DNA of 64,000 nt from an uncultured Actinomycetota bacterium (GTDB lineage: Bacteria > Actinomycetota > UBA4738 > HRBIN12): contig CAVRUS010000012.1 of assembly GCA_963724415.1 (NCBI GenBank), positions 66,271-130,270 on the forward strand, read 5' to 3'. Of the stretch, positions 49,730-59,289 are shown in pieces (within the stretch, counting starts at the first letter, position 1; each line of letters begins with the position of its first letter). The position numbers were made by a program, and so were the translations under genes. The notes under the pieces are model-generated. The model ran no database searches. It was given only the letters and a program-made list of their open reading frames with translations, and had not been told where the DNA came from.

Positions 49730-50535
49730 TCAGCGCTCCTCGCGGTCGTGTGCACGATATCGAGGAGCTCCCGATGAAGCGTCGGGTCCGCGCTCGCGAG
49801 GAGCGAGTCGGACCGAAGGGTCCAGGGTGCGCCCTCGATGTCCGAGATGCTCCCTCCCGCCTCGGTGACGAGCAGGGTTCCCGCCCCCGTGTGCAGCGCC
49901 GGGGCCGAGAACAGCGCGTAGGCACCAAGGCGGCCAGACGCGACGTACGACGAGGACAGCGTGCTGCTGAGGTTGCGGATGTCCCAGCGATCCGCGCGGA
50001 TCATCTCGTGGGTGAAGCGCGCGGCGTGTTCCCGCCGCGAGCCAGCTGCCTGGCCCGGTTCAACCGAGATGGTCTGGTTCTGACCATCGGTGCCCAGCCG
50101 ACGCTGACCCTCGGGGCCCGTTGCCCAGGCCCCACCGCTGTGCTCCGCGAACTGGACCTCGTCGATCGATGGATCGCCCACGACCGCAACGGTGATCCGA
50201 TCGCCCTCCGCCAACGCGAGGTTGACGCTGTAGAGCGGGATCCCGGACGCGAAGTTGCGCGTGCCGCAGATGGGGTCGAGGAGCCAGTAGGTCGATCCGT
50301 CGGCGGGGGGTTCCCCTCCGCGCTCTTCGCCGACCACCGGATGGGACGTCTCACCCTCGACGATCCGTCGGATCTCATCCTCGACGGCGATGTCGGTCGC
50401 GGTCACCAGATCGCGGCCCCCCTTGGAGGTGATCTCCTCCGCGCCAACCCGGCTGCGGGCGAGCTCCAGACCACGACGGACCGCACGGAGGGCCACTTGC
50501 GTGGCGGGTCGGACGTCCTCGATGGCCCGATCCAT
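49726..50535 (-). CDS. Inositol monophosphatase family protein (SuhB/ImpA-like).
   Basis: ATDIAVEDEI...HPVVGEE...WLLDPICGTRNFASGIPLYSVNLAL. Stop overlaps the downstream exonuclease ATG (ATGA). Confidence 0.8.
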   Translation of the reverse strand: MDRAIEDVRPATQVALRAVRRGLELARSRVGAEEITSKGGRDLVTATDIAVEDEIRRIVEGETSHPVVGEERGGEPPADGSTYWLLDPICGTRNFASGIPLYSVNLALAEGDRITVAVVGDPSIDEVQFAEHSGGAWATGPEGQRRLGTDGQNQTISVEPGQAAGSRREHAARFTHEMIRADRWDIRNLSSTLSSSYVASGRLGAYALFSAPALHTGAGTLLVTEAGGSISDIEGAPWTLRSDSLLASADPTLHRELLDIVHTTARSAE

Positions 50536-50552
50536 CCCCCGACCTCAGCCTG

Positions 50553-51062
50553 TCATCCGTCGCCCGGCCATGGCAGTTGGGCAGCATCCAGCAGGTCCAG
50601 CTCACCCGGCGAGTGTCCGCACTCGGTGAGATAGCGAGCGAGCTCGCTGCGGTGCTGGGTTCCGTGGTTCACGATGTGGGCAACGATCAGCCACCGCGGC
50701 TCTCCGGGGTCGCCGTCCGCCAGCGGCTCGTTCAGGCCCGCTTGGTCGAGGGACTCCACGTAGCTCCGGAGGCGGATGTCCTCCTCGAGGCAGAACGCAT
50801 GGATCGCCGCCAGGTCGTCGAGCACGAACCCGTGGTCCCAGACGTAGGTCTGCCCGACGTCGTTCCCGATGCAGCCCTCGCGCCAGCTCCAATCGACGTC
50901 GACGAGGTGCCGGAGCGTGTCGAACGCGCTGCCGTGGTCGAGGACCGCCGGTCTCCGGAGCTCTTCGTCCGAGAGACCGGCCGCCGTCGTCAGGATGCGG
51001 TCGTTCGCCCACGCGTGGAAGCGAACGAAGTGCGAGCAGGCTGTCCCGATCCATCTCGGCAT
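50553..51062 (-). CDS. DinB_2 / DUF664 (YfiT-like) four-helix-bundle metal-dependent protein.
   Basis: HFVRFHAWANDRILTTAAGLSDEEL...DTLRHLVDVDWSW...AHIVNHGTQHRSELARYL. Confidence 0.7.
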   Translation of the reverse strand: MPRWIGTACSHFVRFHAWANDRILTTAAGLSDEELRRPAVLDHGSAFDTLRHLVDVDWSWREGCIGNDVGQTYVWDHGFVLDDLAAIHAFCLEEDIRLRSYVESLDQAGLNEPLADGDPGEPRWLIVAHIVNHGTQHRSELARYLTECGHSPGELDLLDAAQLPWPGDG

Positions 51063-51142
51063 CCTAGGGCGGGTCCGAGCCCGGTGCCAGCGTCGTGTGG
51101 CAGGGTGTCCATCGACTCATCGCCTCGCGCAGAGGAGGCGAC

Positions 51143-51598
51143 ATGGACTGGTACCTGCCGCTGAAGCTCGTGCACGTCCTGTCGGCGATCGTCGCCGTCG
51201 GCACGAACCTGACGTACTTCGTCTGGCTCGCCGCGATGAAGGAACGCCCGCCGTCGCAACAGGCGTTCGCGCTCGAGACGATCAAGAAGCTCGACATGCG
51301 TCTCGCGAATCCCGCGTACGGCGTGCTCCCGCTCACCGGCGTGATCATGGTGCTCATCGCGGACGGACTGGGATTCACCACGTTCTGGATCGCCGTCGCG
51401 ATCGGCCTGTACATCCTGGTGGGCGTGATCGCAGGTGTGTTCTTCGCTCCGTCGTTGCGACGTCAGACCGAGCTCGCGGGTGAGGCAGGCTCCGCGGCCT
51501 ACGAGGCGGCCGCCAAGCGCACCCGGATCACCGGCATCCTCACGATGCTGCCCATCGCGGGCATCCTCTACCTGATGGTGATGAAGCCCACGCCGTAG
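51143..51598 (+). CDS. DUF2269-family integral membrane protein.
   Basis: GAGGAGG RBS. MDWYLPLKLVHVLSAIVAVGTNLTY... four TM helices. Confidence 0.55.
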   Translation: MDWYLPLKLVHVLSAIVAVGTNLTYFVWLAAMKERPPSQQAFALETIKKLDMRLANPAYGVLPLTGVIMVLIADGLGFTTFWIAVAIGLYILVGVIAGVFFAPSLRRQTELAGEAGSAAYEAAAKRTRITGILTMLPIAGILYLMVMKPTP

Positions 51599-51602
51599 CG
51601 GG

Positions 51603-51875
51603 TCAGTCCCGGCGCCGTTTCTTCGGCGTGAGGCCCTTGCCGAGGAAGCCGAGGCCGACCGCGATGAGGGTCACGAGGGTTCCCACGAGCAGGACGACGA
51701 TGAGCATCACCGCGAGGGGGCTCGGGCGGCCGTCGCCGAACATCTCCACCAGCGCGTAGACCGAAAGCCCGATCCAGAGCAGGAACACCACCGCCCATGC
51801 CAGCATCGCGAAGAGGCTGAGGGAACCGAGGGCAACGAGGAGACCCGTGCCCGTGCCCTCCCGGAATCGCGCCAT
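51603..51875 (-). CDS. Small two-TM membrane protein with basic C-terminal tail.
   Basis: LLVALGSLSLFAMLAWAVVFLLWIGLSVYALVEMF...VMLIVVLLVGTLVTLIAVGLGFLGKG...KKRRRD. Confidence 0.4.
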   Translation of the reverse strand: MARFREGTGTGLLVALGSLSLFAMLAWAVVFLLWIGLSVYALVEMFGDGRPSPLAVMLIVVLLVGTLVTLIAVGLGFLGKGLTPKKRRRD

Positions 51876-52124
51876 GACCTGCAGCCTAGCTGCGACCGGC
51901 TGCTAGCGTCGGCGCCGAGATGGAGACGACCCACGGGCGGACGGCGTGGCCCGCCGTCGCCGCGGCCATCGCCGGCTTCGTCGTGGAAGCCACCGTGGCC
52001 GGCGGTCCCCGGTTCCCCGCTGCAGCCGGTCCTGGCTCCGGGCGCGGATCCCGGCGGCCCGTTCGCCTGGCTCGCGGAGCTGGTCGGCCTCGATCGCCTC
52101 GGCGACGCCCTCCCGGTCGCCTCC

Positions 52125-53480
52125 GTGCTCGGCGTCGCCGCGGGGATGGCCGGGTTCCTGATCCTGCTCCGGGCGGCGTGGCGCGGCGACCTCTCGATCC
52201 GTGTCGCCCTCGGGCTGGCGGTCGCCTTCCACGTGGGGATCGTGCTGCTGCCGCTGTTGGTCTCGCGGGACGTGTACTCGTACATCGCGCACGGACAGAT
52301 CGTCTCCCTGCACCACGCGAACCCGTACGTGCAGACGCCGGCCGACTTCCCCGGCGTCCTCTCGCGGACGCTCGTCGGTCCGCAGTGGGTCGACACGCCC
52401 TCCGTCTACGGACCGCTCTTCACGCACATCGCCGGCGCCGTCACCCGGACCTCGTCGCGGCTCGACGTGCTCGTCGACACCTTCCGGCTGATCGCGATCG
52501 GCGCGAGCCTCGCGACGACGTTCGTGATCGCCGTGGTGTGTCGCCGCGTCCGTCCGGGACGGGCCGCTTTCGCAGTCGCCGCGTTCGGGCTCAACCCGGT
52601 CATCCTCTTCCAGTCCGCGGGCAGCGGCCACAACGACCTCTTGGTGGCTCTCGCGATCGCGGTCGCCGCCTGGTGCGTGCTCACCGAGCGGACCCACTGG
52701 GCGATCGCGGTCGTCACGTGTGGCGCGCTCGTGAAGGCGACGGCGTTCCTCCCGCTGGTGCTCCTCGTCGTCTGGGTCGCCTGGCGCCGCCCGCCTGGCG
52801 AGCGCCTGCGGGCCGCGGTGACCCATGCGGCCTTGGGGGCGGCCATCGTGCTGGTGGTCGCGTTCCCGTTCCTCCAGTCGCACGATCCGACGCTCGGGAT
52901 GCTCGAGCTCTCGTCGCACGAGGGATGGCTCGCGCCCTCCCGGTTCTTCCGCCGCGTGCTGGACGCGATCAGCGGGGACACGTTGGGTGTGGTGGCGCGC
53001 GTCGCGTTCGCGATCGCGCTCGTTGCGACGGTGGTCTGGCTCGTCCGGGCGATCGCGCGTGCGGCTGCGTCGGGACGGCCGTCCCTCGAGCTCCTCGGCG
53101 GGTGGGGATGGGCCCTGCTCGCCCTGACGCTGCTCGGCCCGGTGCTCCTCCCGTGGTACCTCGCGTGGTCGCTCCCGCTGATCTGGATCCTCCCGAGGGT
53201 GCCCCGCGTCTCTTTGATCGCGCTGTCGACCGTGCTCGCGCTCTCGCAGTGGACCGCGGAGCCGATCCGCTTCCCCGACGCGTACGACCTCAACATCCTG
53301 ATCGGGCACTACGTGCTCACGCCGATCGTGATCGGCCTGCTGGTGTGGTTGCTCCTCGACCTACGCCGGCGCTCGTCGATCCCGCTGCCTTTGCACGACG
53401 AGGAAGAGCGCGAGCCCGCCGAAGCCCGCGAGGGCCGAGGCGGCGAGCGCGACCGGCACCTCCACGAGCCGGAGCCCTAG
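52125..53480 (+). CDS. GT-C polyprenol-phosphate-mannose-dependent alpha-1,6-mannosyltransferase-like protein (MptA/MptB, GT87/DUF2029-like). N-terminus possibly extends to about 51920 through a frame switch.
   Basis: LLPLLVSRDVYSYIAHGQIVSLHHANPYVQTP...GPQWVDTPSVYGPLF signature and at least 9 TM helices. A TM-like start METTHGRTAWPAVAAAIAGFVVEA lies in another frame upstream. Confidence 0.5.
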   Translation: MLGVAAGMAGFLILLRAAWRGDLSIRVALGLAVAFHVGIVLLPLLVSRDVYSYIAHGQIVSLHHANPYVQTPADFPGVLSRTLVGPQWVDTPSVYGPLFTHIAGAVTRTSSRLDVLVDTFRLIAIGASLATTFVIAVVCRRVRPGRAAFAVAAFGLNPVILFQSAGSGHNDLLVALAIAVAAWCVLTERTHWAIAVVTCGALVKATAFLPLVLLVVWVAWRRPPGERLRAAVTHAALGAAIVLVVAFPFLQSHDPTLGMLELSSHEGWLAPSRFFRRVLDAISGDTLGVVARVAFAIALVATVVWLVRAIARAAASGRPSLELLGGWGWALLALTLLGPVLLPWYLAWSLPLIWILPRVPRVSLIALSTVLALSQWTAEPIRFPDAYDLNILIGHYVLTPIVIGLLVWLLLDLRRRSSIPLPLHDEEEREPAEAREGRGGERDRHLHEPEP

Positions 53481-55166
53481 CCGGTCCAGCAGCAGCGCGG
53501 CGAGGGAGAGGGACGCGGTGCCGAACGCCGGCGCTGTCCCGAGGACGACGGCGCGGTCGTCGAACGACGTGCGCGCGTAGCCGAGGCCCAGGACATCGAG
53601 CACCAGGAGGATCCCGATCGTGGCGAGCGCGATCCCACCCGGTGAGGACGGCCCGAAATCGAGGACATCGGGTCCACCTACCAGGCTGAACTCCGGCAGG
53701 TTCTGCGAGGACCACAGGCCAGGTTCGAGCTCGGTGAGCTGGGTCGCATCGCCCAGATCGTCGCCTCGATAGAACGGTTCGAGCACCAACACGAGCGTGT
53801 GGAGGTCTCGCGTCGCGTCCTCGAACGTCAGCCTCGCGAGGGCGTCGTATTGAGCATCGCCCCGCCTCGTTGGTCGGCCATCGAAGAAGTCGGTGACGCT
53901 GCCGACGACGACGTGGACGTCTTCAGCGCGGTCCGGCGCCGACGCAGCGCGGAGGATGTTCGCTGCACGCGCCCCCAGGAACGTCGCGGAGGCGTCCGGA
54001 TCATCCACGATCACGACGATCGGGATGTCGGATCCAGAGACCCGAAGCATCGCGGCCCGGGCGACGTTCGCCTCGCGGACCGAAACGAACGGCGCCTGGC
54101 GCCCCCAGGCGAGGAGCGCGCCGACGATCATCCAGCCGGCGAGCACCACGACGACCACACGCGTCACCCAGGGATGCGTGTGGTGTCGACGCAGGATCCA
54201 CACGAGGCTGATCGCCGCGCCGATCGGCACCGCGAACCCGAACGTCACGATGCGATCCGGTGGGAACCACCCGGTGATCCAGCCCACCGGGATCGCGATC
54301 GCGATCACGGCGAGCCAGGAACCGATGAACCGGCGCAGGAACCCGTCGGCGTCGAGCGTGCCGAGGATCGCGAGCGGGACGGCGATCCACTGCACGTACC
54401 TGGCGGCACGGAGCCGGAACCGCTCGCGGTACGCATCGACGAGGGTGGTGTCGAGTCCCGCCCGCCGGAGGTAGCCATCTTTCGAAGTCTCGCCGGCGAT
54501 CGGTCCCGGCCCGGCGATCGTGGCCAGGACGCCGGCCCCCGCGACGAGCCCTCCCGCCGCGACCGACAACGCGATGTCGCGGGCTTCGTCGCGGGCGCCC
54601 GCGCGCCAGGCGAGGATCGCGGTGACCAGCAGCACGACGATCGCGTGGACCAGGAACGGCGGGTGGGCGATCCCGCCACCGGCGAGGAGGAGGCCCGCGG
54701 CCCACCACGCGCGTGTGGGACCTGCCAACGCCGCGGCCGCGGCCAGGAAGCAGACGGCGAGGATCAGGTTGGCCAGGTACCCGGCCACCAGGTGCACGGA
54801 GAACACACCCGCGAGCAGCCCGGCGAGCATCCACGCAGGAGCGGCGCGGCTGCCTGCGGCGCGGACCAGCGCTGCGGCGGCCACGCCGGTCGCGACCCCG
54901 AGCGCCGATGCGAGCCCGGCCGTGACCGCAGTGACGTTGAGCTGCAGCGTCCCGGCGAGCGCCGCTGCGAGCGCCGGCGCGCCCGGCCTGCTCCCCATCA
55001 TCGACAGGCCCTCGCTCGCCCCGACGCGCGTCCACCAGAGGTAGACGGGCACGTCCGGGCCGACACCGAACGGATAGCCATCGATCAGATAGGGCCACAC
55101 GAACACGACGAGGAGCGCCGCGGTGAGACCTCCGAGCCAGGCGAGATCCCGGCGATCGGTGCGCAT
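53361..55166 (-). CDS. Large polytopic membrane protein (about 600 aa, at least 12 TM). Possible GT-C-type glycosyltransferase or envelope biogenesis protein.
   Basis: MRTDRRDLAWLGGLTAALLVVFVWPYLIDGYPFGVGPDVPVYLWWTRV... Its 3' end overlaps the convergent MptB-like ORF by about 120 nt. Confidence 0.4.
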   Translation of the reverse strand: MRTDRRDLAWLGGLTAALLVVFVWPYLIDGYPFGVGPDVPVYLWWTRVGASEGLSMMGSRPGAPALAAALAGTLQLNVTAVTAGLASALGVATGVAAAALVRAAGSRAAPAWMLAGLLAGVFSVHLVAGYLANLILAVCFLAAAAALAGPTRAWWAAGLLLAGGGIAHPPFLVHAIVVLLVTAILAWRAGARDEARDIALSVAAGGLVAGAGVLATIAGPGPIAGETSKDGYLRRAGLDTTLVDAYRERFRLRAARYVQWIAVPLAILGTLDADGFLRRFIGSWLAVIAIAIPVGWITGWFPPDRIVTFGFAVPIGAAISLVWILRRHHTHPWVTRVVVVVLAGWMIVGALLAWGRQAPFVSVREANVARAAMLRVSGSDIPIVVIVDDPDASATFLGARAANILRAASAPDRAEDVHVVVGSVTDFFDGRPTRRGDAQYDALARLTFEDATRDLHTLVLVLEPFYRGDDLGDATQLTELEPGLWSSQNLPEFSLVGGPDVLDFGPSSPGGIALATIGILLVLDVLGLGYARTSFDDRAVVLGTAPAFGTASLSLAALLLDRLGLRLVEVPVALAASALAGFGGLALFLVVQRQRDRRAPA

Positions 55167-55174
55167 CCCGCCCG

Positions 55175-55744
55175 CTATCCGCTGGCGGAGAAGGCGCCTC
55201 GAGCGTCCACGGTGAGCGCGCCCGCGGCATCGGTGAGCAGGGTGCACGTGAACACCCCGCCCATGTTGTCGGGCAGGGCGGGCGTGATCGTGATGCTGCA
55301 CTCCCCGGCGGAAGAGGTGAACTCGACGGGCCCCTCCGGACCCTGGACGCTGAACGAGAGGACCGTGAGCGCGCTCGTTTCGGCGAGGCTCACGAACGAC
55401 GTGCCGGACAGGTGCACGACGCTCGGTCCGCCCGTCCAGGTGATGTCCATCGGCGCGGGCGGCGGCGCCCAGACCGCCGGCGTCTGGATCGCGGGGAGGC
55501 TGACGTTCAGCGTGAGGTCGCCGGTCAGCGTGAGGGTCGCGCTGCCGACCGCGAGTGGGCTCTCCGGTCCCGGCGAGCCCGAGGGACTCGCCGAGGGTGT
55601 CACGCTCACCGAGCCATCGCCGATCGACGGTGGCGAGATCGACGGGGATGGTCCGTGACCGGTCCCCGTGGCGCTGCAGGAGATCGCGAGGACGCCGCAG
55701 AGAACGCCGAAGAGCGCCCCGGTCCTCAGCCGCGTTCCGCGCAT
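55175..55744 (-). CDS. Putative lipoprotein / secreted Ser/Pro/Thr-rich protein.
   Basis: MRGTRLRTGALFGVLCGVLAISCSATG signal. SPSISPPSIGDGSVSVTPSASPSGSPGP linker. Confidence 0.45.
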   Translation of the reverse strand: MRGTRLRTGALFGVLCGVLAISCSATGTGHGPSPSISPPSIGDGSVSVTPSASPSGSPGPESPLAVGSATLTLTGDLTLNVSLPAIQTPAVWAPPPAPMDITWTGGPSVVHLSGTSFVSLAETSALTVLSFSVQGPEGPVEFTSSAGECSITITPALPDNMGGVFTCTLLTDAAGALTVDARGAFSASG

Positions 55745-55845
55745 CCCGCCGAGCCTACCCCACGCCCGTATCGCTCCCGGGAACGATGAAGTCATCCTGG
55801 CGAGACTCCGGCGGCCGGAGTGATACCCGCTGTTAGCATCGCCGG

Positions 55846-57231
55846 ATGCTGGCCCGCGAGCTCGTGGAGGAGGTGCTGCGCGCCGCCCGGCGTCGCGGCG
55901 GTTCCTTCTCCGAGCTCTTCGTCGAGGAGCGGACGTCCACGTCGATCCGCCTGGACGACGGCAAGGTGGAGGAGCTGACGAGCGGCATGGACCGCGGGGC
56001 GGGCGTGCGCGTCGCCCTCGGCACGTCCTACGGGTACGCGTACTCGAACCGTCTCGATCGCGACTCCCTCCTGCAGGCGGCCGACGCCGCGAGCGCCGCG
56101 CTCCAGGAAGGCGAGGCCGCGTCGATCGTCGACCTGACCGCCCGCGTCGGCCCCGGTGTGAACAAGACGGACCGCCCGGCGGGAGCGCTGCCGGCCGCCG
56201 ATAAGGTCGCCTGGCTCCGGGAGCTCGACGACGCCGCGCGGGCCCTCAGCCCGGAGGTCGTCCAGGTGATCGGGATGTACGGCGACTCCCTCCAGAAACG
56301 GCTGATCGCGACCTCGGACGGCCGCTGGGTCGAGGAGGAGCGCCCGCGGATCCGGCTGGTCACGCAGGTCGTGGCCGCCCGCGACGGCACGATCCAGACG
56401 GGGTTCTTCGGGCCGGCCGCCTGCGGAGGGCTCGAGCTCTTCGGCCGCTACGGGGCCGCCGAGATCGGGGAGAAGGCGGCCCAGCGGGCCGTGACGATGC
56501 TCGATTCGATCCCGGCCCCGGCCGGCGAGATGGCCGTCGTCCTCGCTCCCGGGATGGGCGGCGTGCTCTTCCACGAAGCCGTCGGGCATCCGCTCGAGGC
56601 CGATGCCGTCGACAAGGAGGCGAGCGTCTACCGTGGCCTCGTCGGGACCGCGTGCGCGAGCGAAGTCGTCAATGGGGTTGACGATGCGACGCTCCCGAAC
56701 GGATGGGGATCGTTCGACTTCGACGACGAAGGCGAGCCGAGTCAGCGCACGGTGCTGTTCGAGGGCGGTGTGCTCCAGGGCTTCCTCTACGACCGGCTCC
56801 GGGCGGACAAGGACGGTGTGCCGTCCACCGGGAACGGGCGTCGCGAGTCCTACGCGAGCCCGCCGATCCCCCGGATGACGAACACGAACATCCTCGACGG
56901 CCCCGAGCGAGCCGACGCGATCATCGAGGGCACGGAGAAGGGCGTCTTCGTCACGTCGCTCGGCGGCGGCCAGGTCAACCCGGCCAGCGGGGACTTCGTG
57001 TTCGGGTGCTCCGAAGCGTTCCTGATCGAAGGCGGGAAGGTCACCACGCCGGTCCGCGGCGCGAACCTGATCGGGCGCGCGATCCAGGTGATGTCGGCCG
57101 TGGACGCGGTCGCCGGCGACTTCGACACGTGGGAGGGCGTCTGCGGCAAGGACGGGCAGCAAGCGCCCGTCGGCAGCGGCTCGCCGACCCTGCGGATCTC
57201 GCGCATCACGGTCGGGGGCACGAGTGCCTGA
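55846..57231 (+). CDS. tldD: TldD-family metalloprotease.
   Basis: Full-length conservation (RGGSFSELFVEER...GVRVALGTSYGYAYSN...HEAVGHPLEAD...GNGRRESYASPPIPRMTNT...). Confidence 0.85.
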   Translation: MLARELVEEVLRAARRRGGSFSELFVEERTSTSIRLDDGKVEELTSGMDRGAGVRVALGTSYGYAYSNRLDRDSLLQAADAASAALQEGEAASIVDLTARVGPGVNKTDRPAGALPAADKVAWLRELDDAARALSPEVVQVIGMYGDSLQKRLIATSDGRWVEEERPRIRLVTQVVAARDGTIQTGFFGPAACGGLELFGRYGAAEIGEKAAQRAVTMLDSIPAPAGEMAVVLAPGMGGVLFHEAVGHPLEADAVDKEASVYRGLVGTACASEVVNGVDDATLPNGWGSFDFDDEGEPSQRTVLFEGGVLQGFLYDRLRADKDGVPSTGNGRRESYASPPIPRMTNTNILDGPERADAIIEGTEKGVFVTSLGGGQVNPASGDFVFGCSEAFLIEGGKVTTPVRGANLIGRAIQVMSAVDAVAGDFDTWEGVCGKDGQQAPVGSGSPTLRISRITVGGTSA

Positions 57232-58558
57232 TCTGGCGGACCTCTGTCGCGTGGCGGTGGACGCCGCCGAGCCGGGCGAGGCGGTGGAGGCCTACGCGGA
57301 GGAGTCCCGTCGCACGGAGGCGAAGGCGCTCCGCGGCGAGGTCGAGGGTCTGCAGTTCTCCGAGTCGCGCGGCGTCGGCGTCCGGGTCGTCCGGGACGCT
57401 CGGCTCGGCTACGCATGGGCGGCCAACCCGGACGCCGACGAGGTCCGTGACGTCGTCGGGCGCGCGCGGGAGAACGCTGCGCTGGCTGAGGCCGACGAGC
57501 ACAACGTGCTCCCGGAGCCCGGCCGTTGGACGCCGATCCCCGAGCTGTACCGGGAGTCGTCGGTCACGGTCCCCACCGAGGGGAAGACGCGTCTCGCGCT
57601 GGACCTCGAGGCCCGCGCGATCTCGCGCGATCCGCGCGTCACCAAGATCGACGAAGCACAGGTGGGCGACGCGGTCTCGCGCGTCGCGATCGCCTCGACG
57701 AACGGGGTCGAGGCCGAGTACGCGCGCACGGATGCGTGGTGCCTGGCCGTCACCCTCGCCGTCGAGGGGGACGAGACGCAGACCGGGTTCTCCTACCGGA
57801 TCGCCCGTGGCCTCGACGAGCTGGATTGGGAAGCGGTCGCCGACGAGGCCGTGGAGCGCGGCGCGAGGATGCTCGGCGCGGCGAAGCCGACGACCGCTCG
57901 CGTGCCGGTCGTGCTCGATCAGTTCGCCGCGATGTCCTTCCTGGGCGTGCTGGCGGGCGCGCTCTCCGCTGATGCCGTGCAGAAGGGCCGGTCCCTGTTC
58001 GCCGACCTCGTCGGGGAGCACGTCGGTTCGGAGCTCTTCACGCTCGTGGACGACGGCACGAACGTCGAGGGGCCGGGCGCGGCTCCGTTCGACGACGAGG
58101 GTGTGCCGAGCGGCCGGACGGAGCTGTTCACGAAGGGTGTGCTCACCGGGTTCCTCCACAACGCCTACACGGCGCACAAGGGCGGCACGACGTCGACCGG
58201 GAACGGCAAGCGCGGCTACCGCGCGGCGCCGGGGGTCGGCACTTCGAACTTCTACCTCGACGCAGGAGAGACCGCTCGCGACGAGCTGCTGCGGCGCGCC
58301 GAGGGTGGCGTGCTGATCCAGGACGTGAGCGGCGTCCACTCCGGGGCGAACCCGATCAGCGGGGAGTTCAGCGTCGGCGCGACGGGGCTTCGGATCAGCG
58401 GTGGGTCGCTCGGGGAGCCGCTCCGCGAGATGACGATCGCCTCCACGCTGCCGGAGATGCTGCAAGCGATCACCGGCGTCGGCGACGACCTCCGGTTCTT
58501 CTCATCGGTGGGCACGCCGTCCGTGCTGATCGGCGAGATGACGCTCGCCGGCGTCTGA
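57224..58558 (+). CDS. pmbA: PmbA/TldE-family protein (TldD partner).
   Basis: GVGVRVVRDARLGYAWAAN...GNGKRGYRAAPGVGTSNFYLD...; overlaps the tldD stop. Confidence 0.85.
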   Translation: MPDLADLCRVAVDAAEPGEAVEAYAEESRRTEAKALRGEVEGLQFSESRGVGVRVVRDARLGYAWAANPDADEVRDVVGRARENAALAEADEHNVLPEPGRWTPIPELYRESSVTVPTEGKTRLALDLEARAISRDPRVTKIDEAQVGDAVSRVAIASTNGVEAEYARTDAWCLAVTLAVEGDETQTGFSYRIARGLDELDWEAVADEAVERGARMLGAAKPTTARVPVVLDQFAAMSFLGVLAGALSADAVQKGRSLFADLVGEHVGSELFTLVDDGTNVEGPGAAPFDDEGVPSGRTELFTKGVLTGFLHNAYTAHKGGTTSTGNGKRGYRAAPGVGTSNFYLDAGETARDELLRRAEGGVLIQDVSGVHSGANPISGEFSVGATGLRISGGSLGEPLREMTIASTLPEMLQAITGVGDDLRFFSSVGTPSVLIGEMTLAGV

Positions 58559-58564
58559 CCGGCT

Positions 58565-59212
58565 TCAGAGCTGGACGAGGCCCCTGGTCGTCAGGAGGAC
58601 GCCGACCAACGCGATGCAGGCGGCCGAGACGACCGGCGCGAGTCGCATCAGACCGACCGGAAGTCTCCCGGTCGCGACGTGGCGCGCGCGGATCGCGAGC
58701 GCGCCGACGGCGACGAGCGACGCCGCGAGCCCGACGCTGAACGCGGCGATCAGGGCGAGTCCGAGGGCGGTCCGGCCGATCGACACCGAGCCGAGGAGGA
58801 CGACGAGCGCGCTCGGTGACGGCAGGATCCCTCCCGCGAACGCGAGCGCGACGAGGCTCCGCCGGGAGAGGGGTCCCTCCGGGTGCGGATGGTCGTGCCC
58901 GTGTCGCCGCCGCTCCGAGAGCGCGTGGATCCTCGAGACGAGCAGGGCGGCGCCGAGACCGAGGGCGACCAGGCCGGAGGCGAGCCCCAGCCACGGGTAG
59001 ACGCGTTCGGGCGCGAAGATGCGCTCCGCGGACAGGACCAGGAGGCCGAGGCCGAGCACCGAGGCGGTATGCATCACCGAGACCGCGGCGCCGACGGCGG
59101 CGGCCTGACGGAGCGTGCCGCCGGCGCCGATCAGGTACGCGCCGATCAGGGACTTGCCGTGGCCGGGGCCGAGCGAATGGATCGCGCCGACGCCGATCGC
59201 CACCGCGATCAT
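58565..59212 (-). CDS. NicO/RcnA-family Ni/Co transporter permease domain. May be continuous with the upstream periplasmic domain via a frame switch.
   Basis: AIHSLGPGHGKS signature, His-rich loop RRRHGHDHPHPE, GGILPSPSALVVLLG. Confidence 0.65.
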   Translation of the reverse strand: MIAVAIGVGAIHSLGPGHGKSLIGAYLIGAGGTLRQAAAVGAAVSVMHTASVLGLGLLVLSAERIFAPERVYPWLGLASGLVALGLGAALLVSRIHALSERRRHGHDHPHPEGPLSRRSLVALAFAGGILPSPSALVVLLGSVSIGRTALGLALIAAFSVGLAASLVAVGALAIRARHVATGRLPVGLMRLAPVVSAACIALVGVLLTTRGLVQL

Positions 59213-59289
59213 CAGGGCGATCAGGCCCGGCGAGAGATCGGAACGAGCGGCGAAGCCGGCGAGGAGCCCACCGCTCGCCGGCCCCGCCG

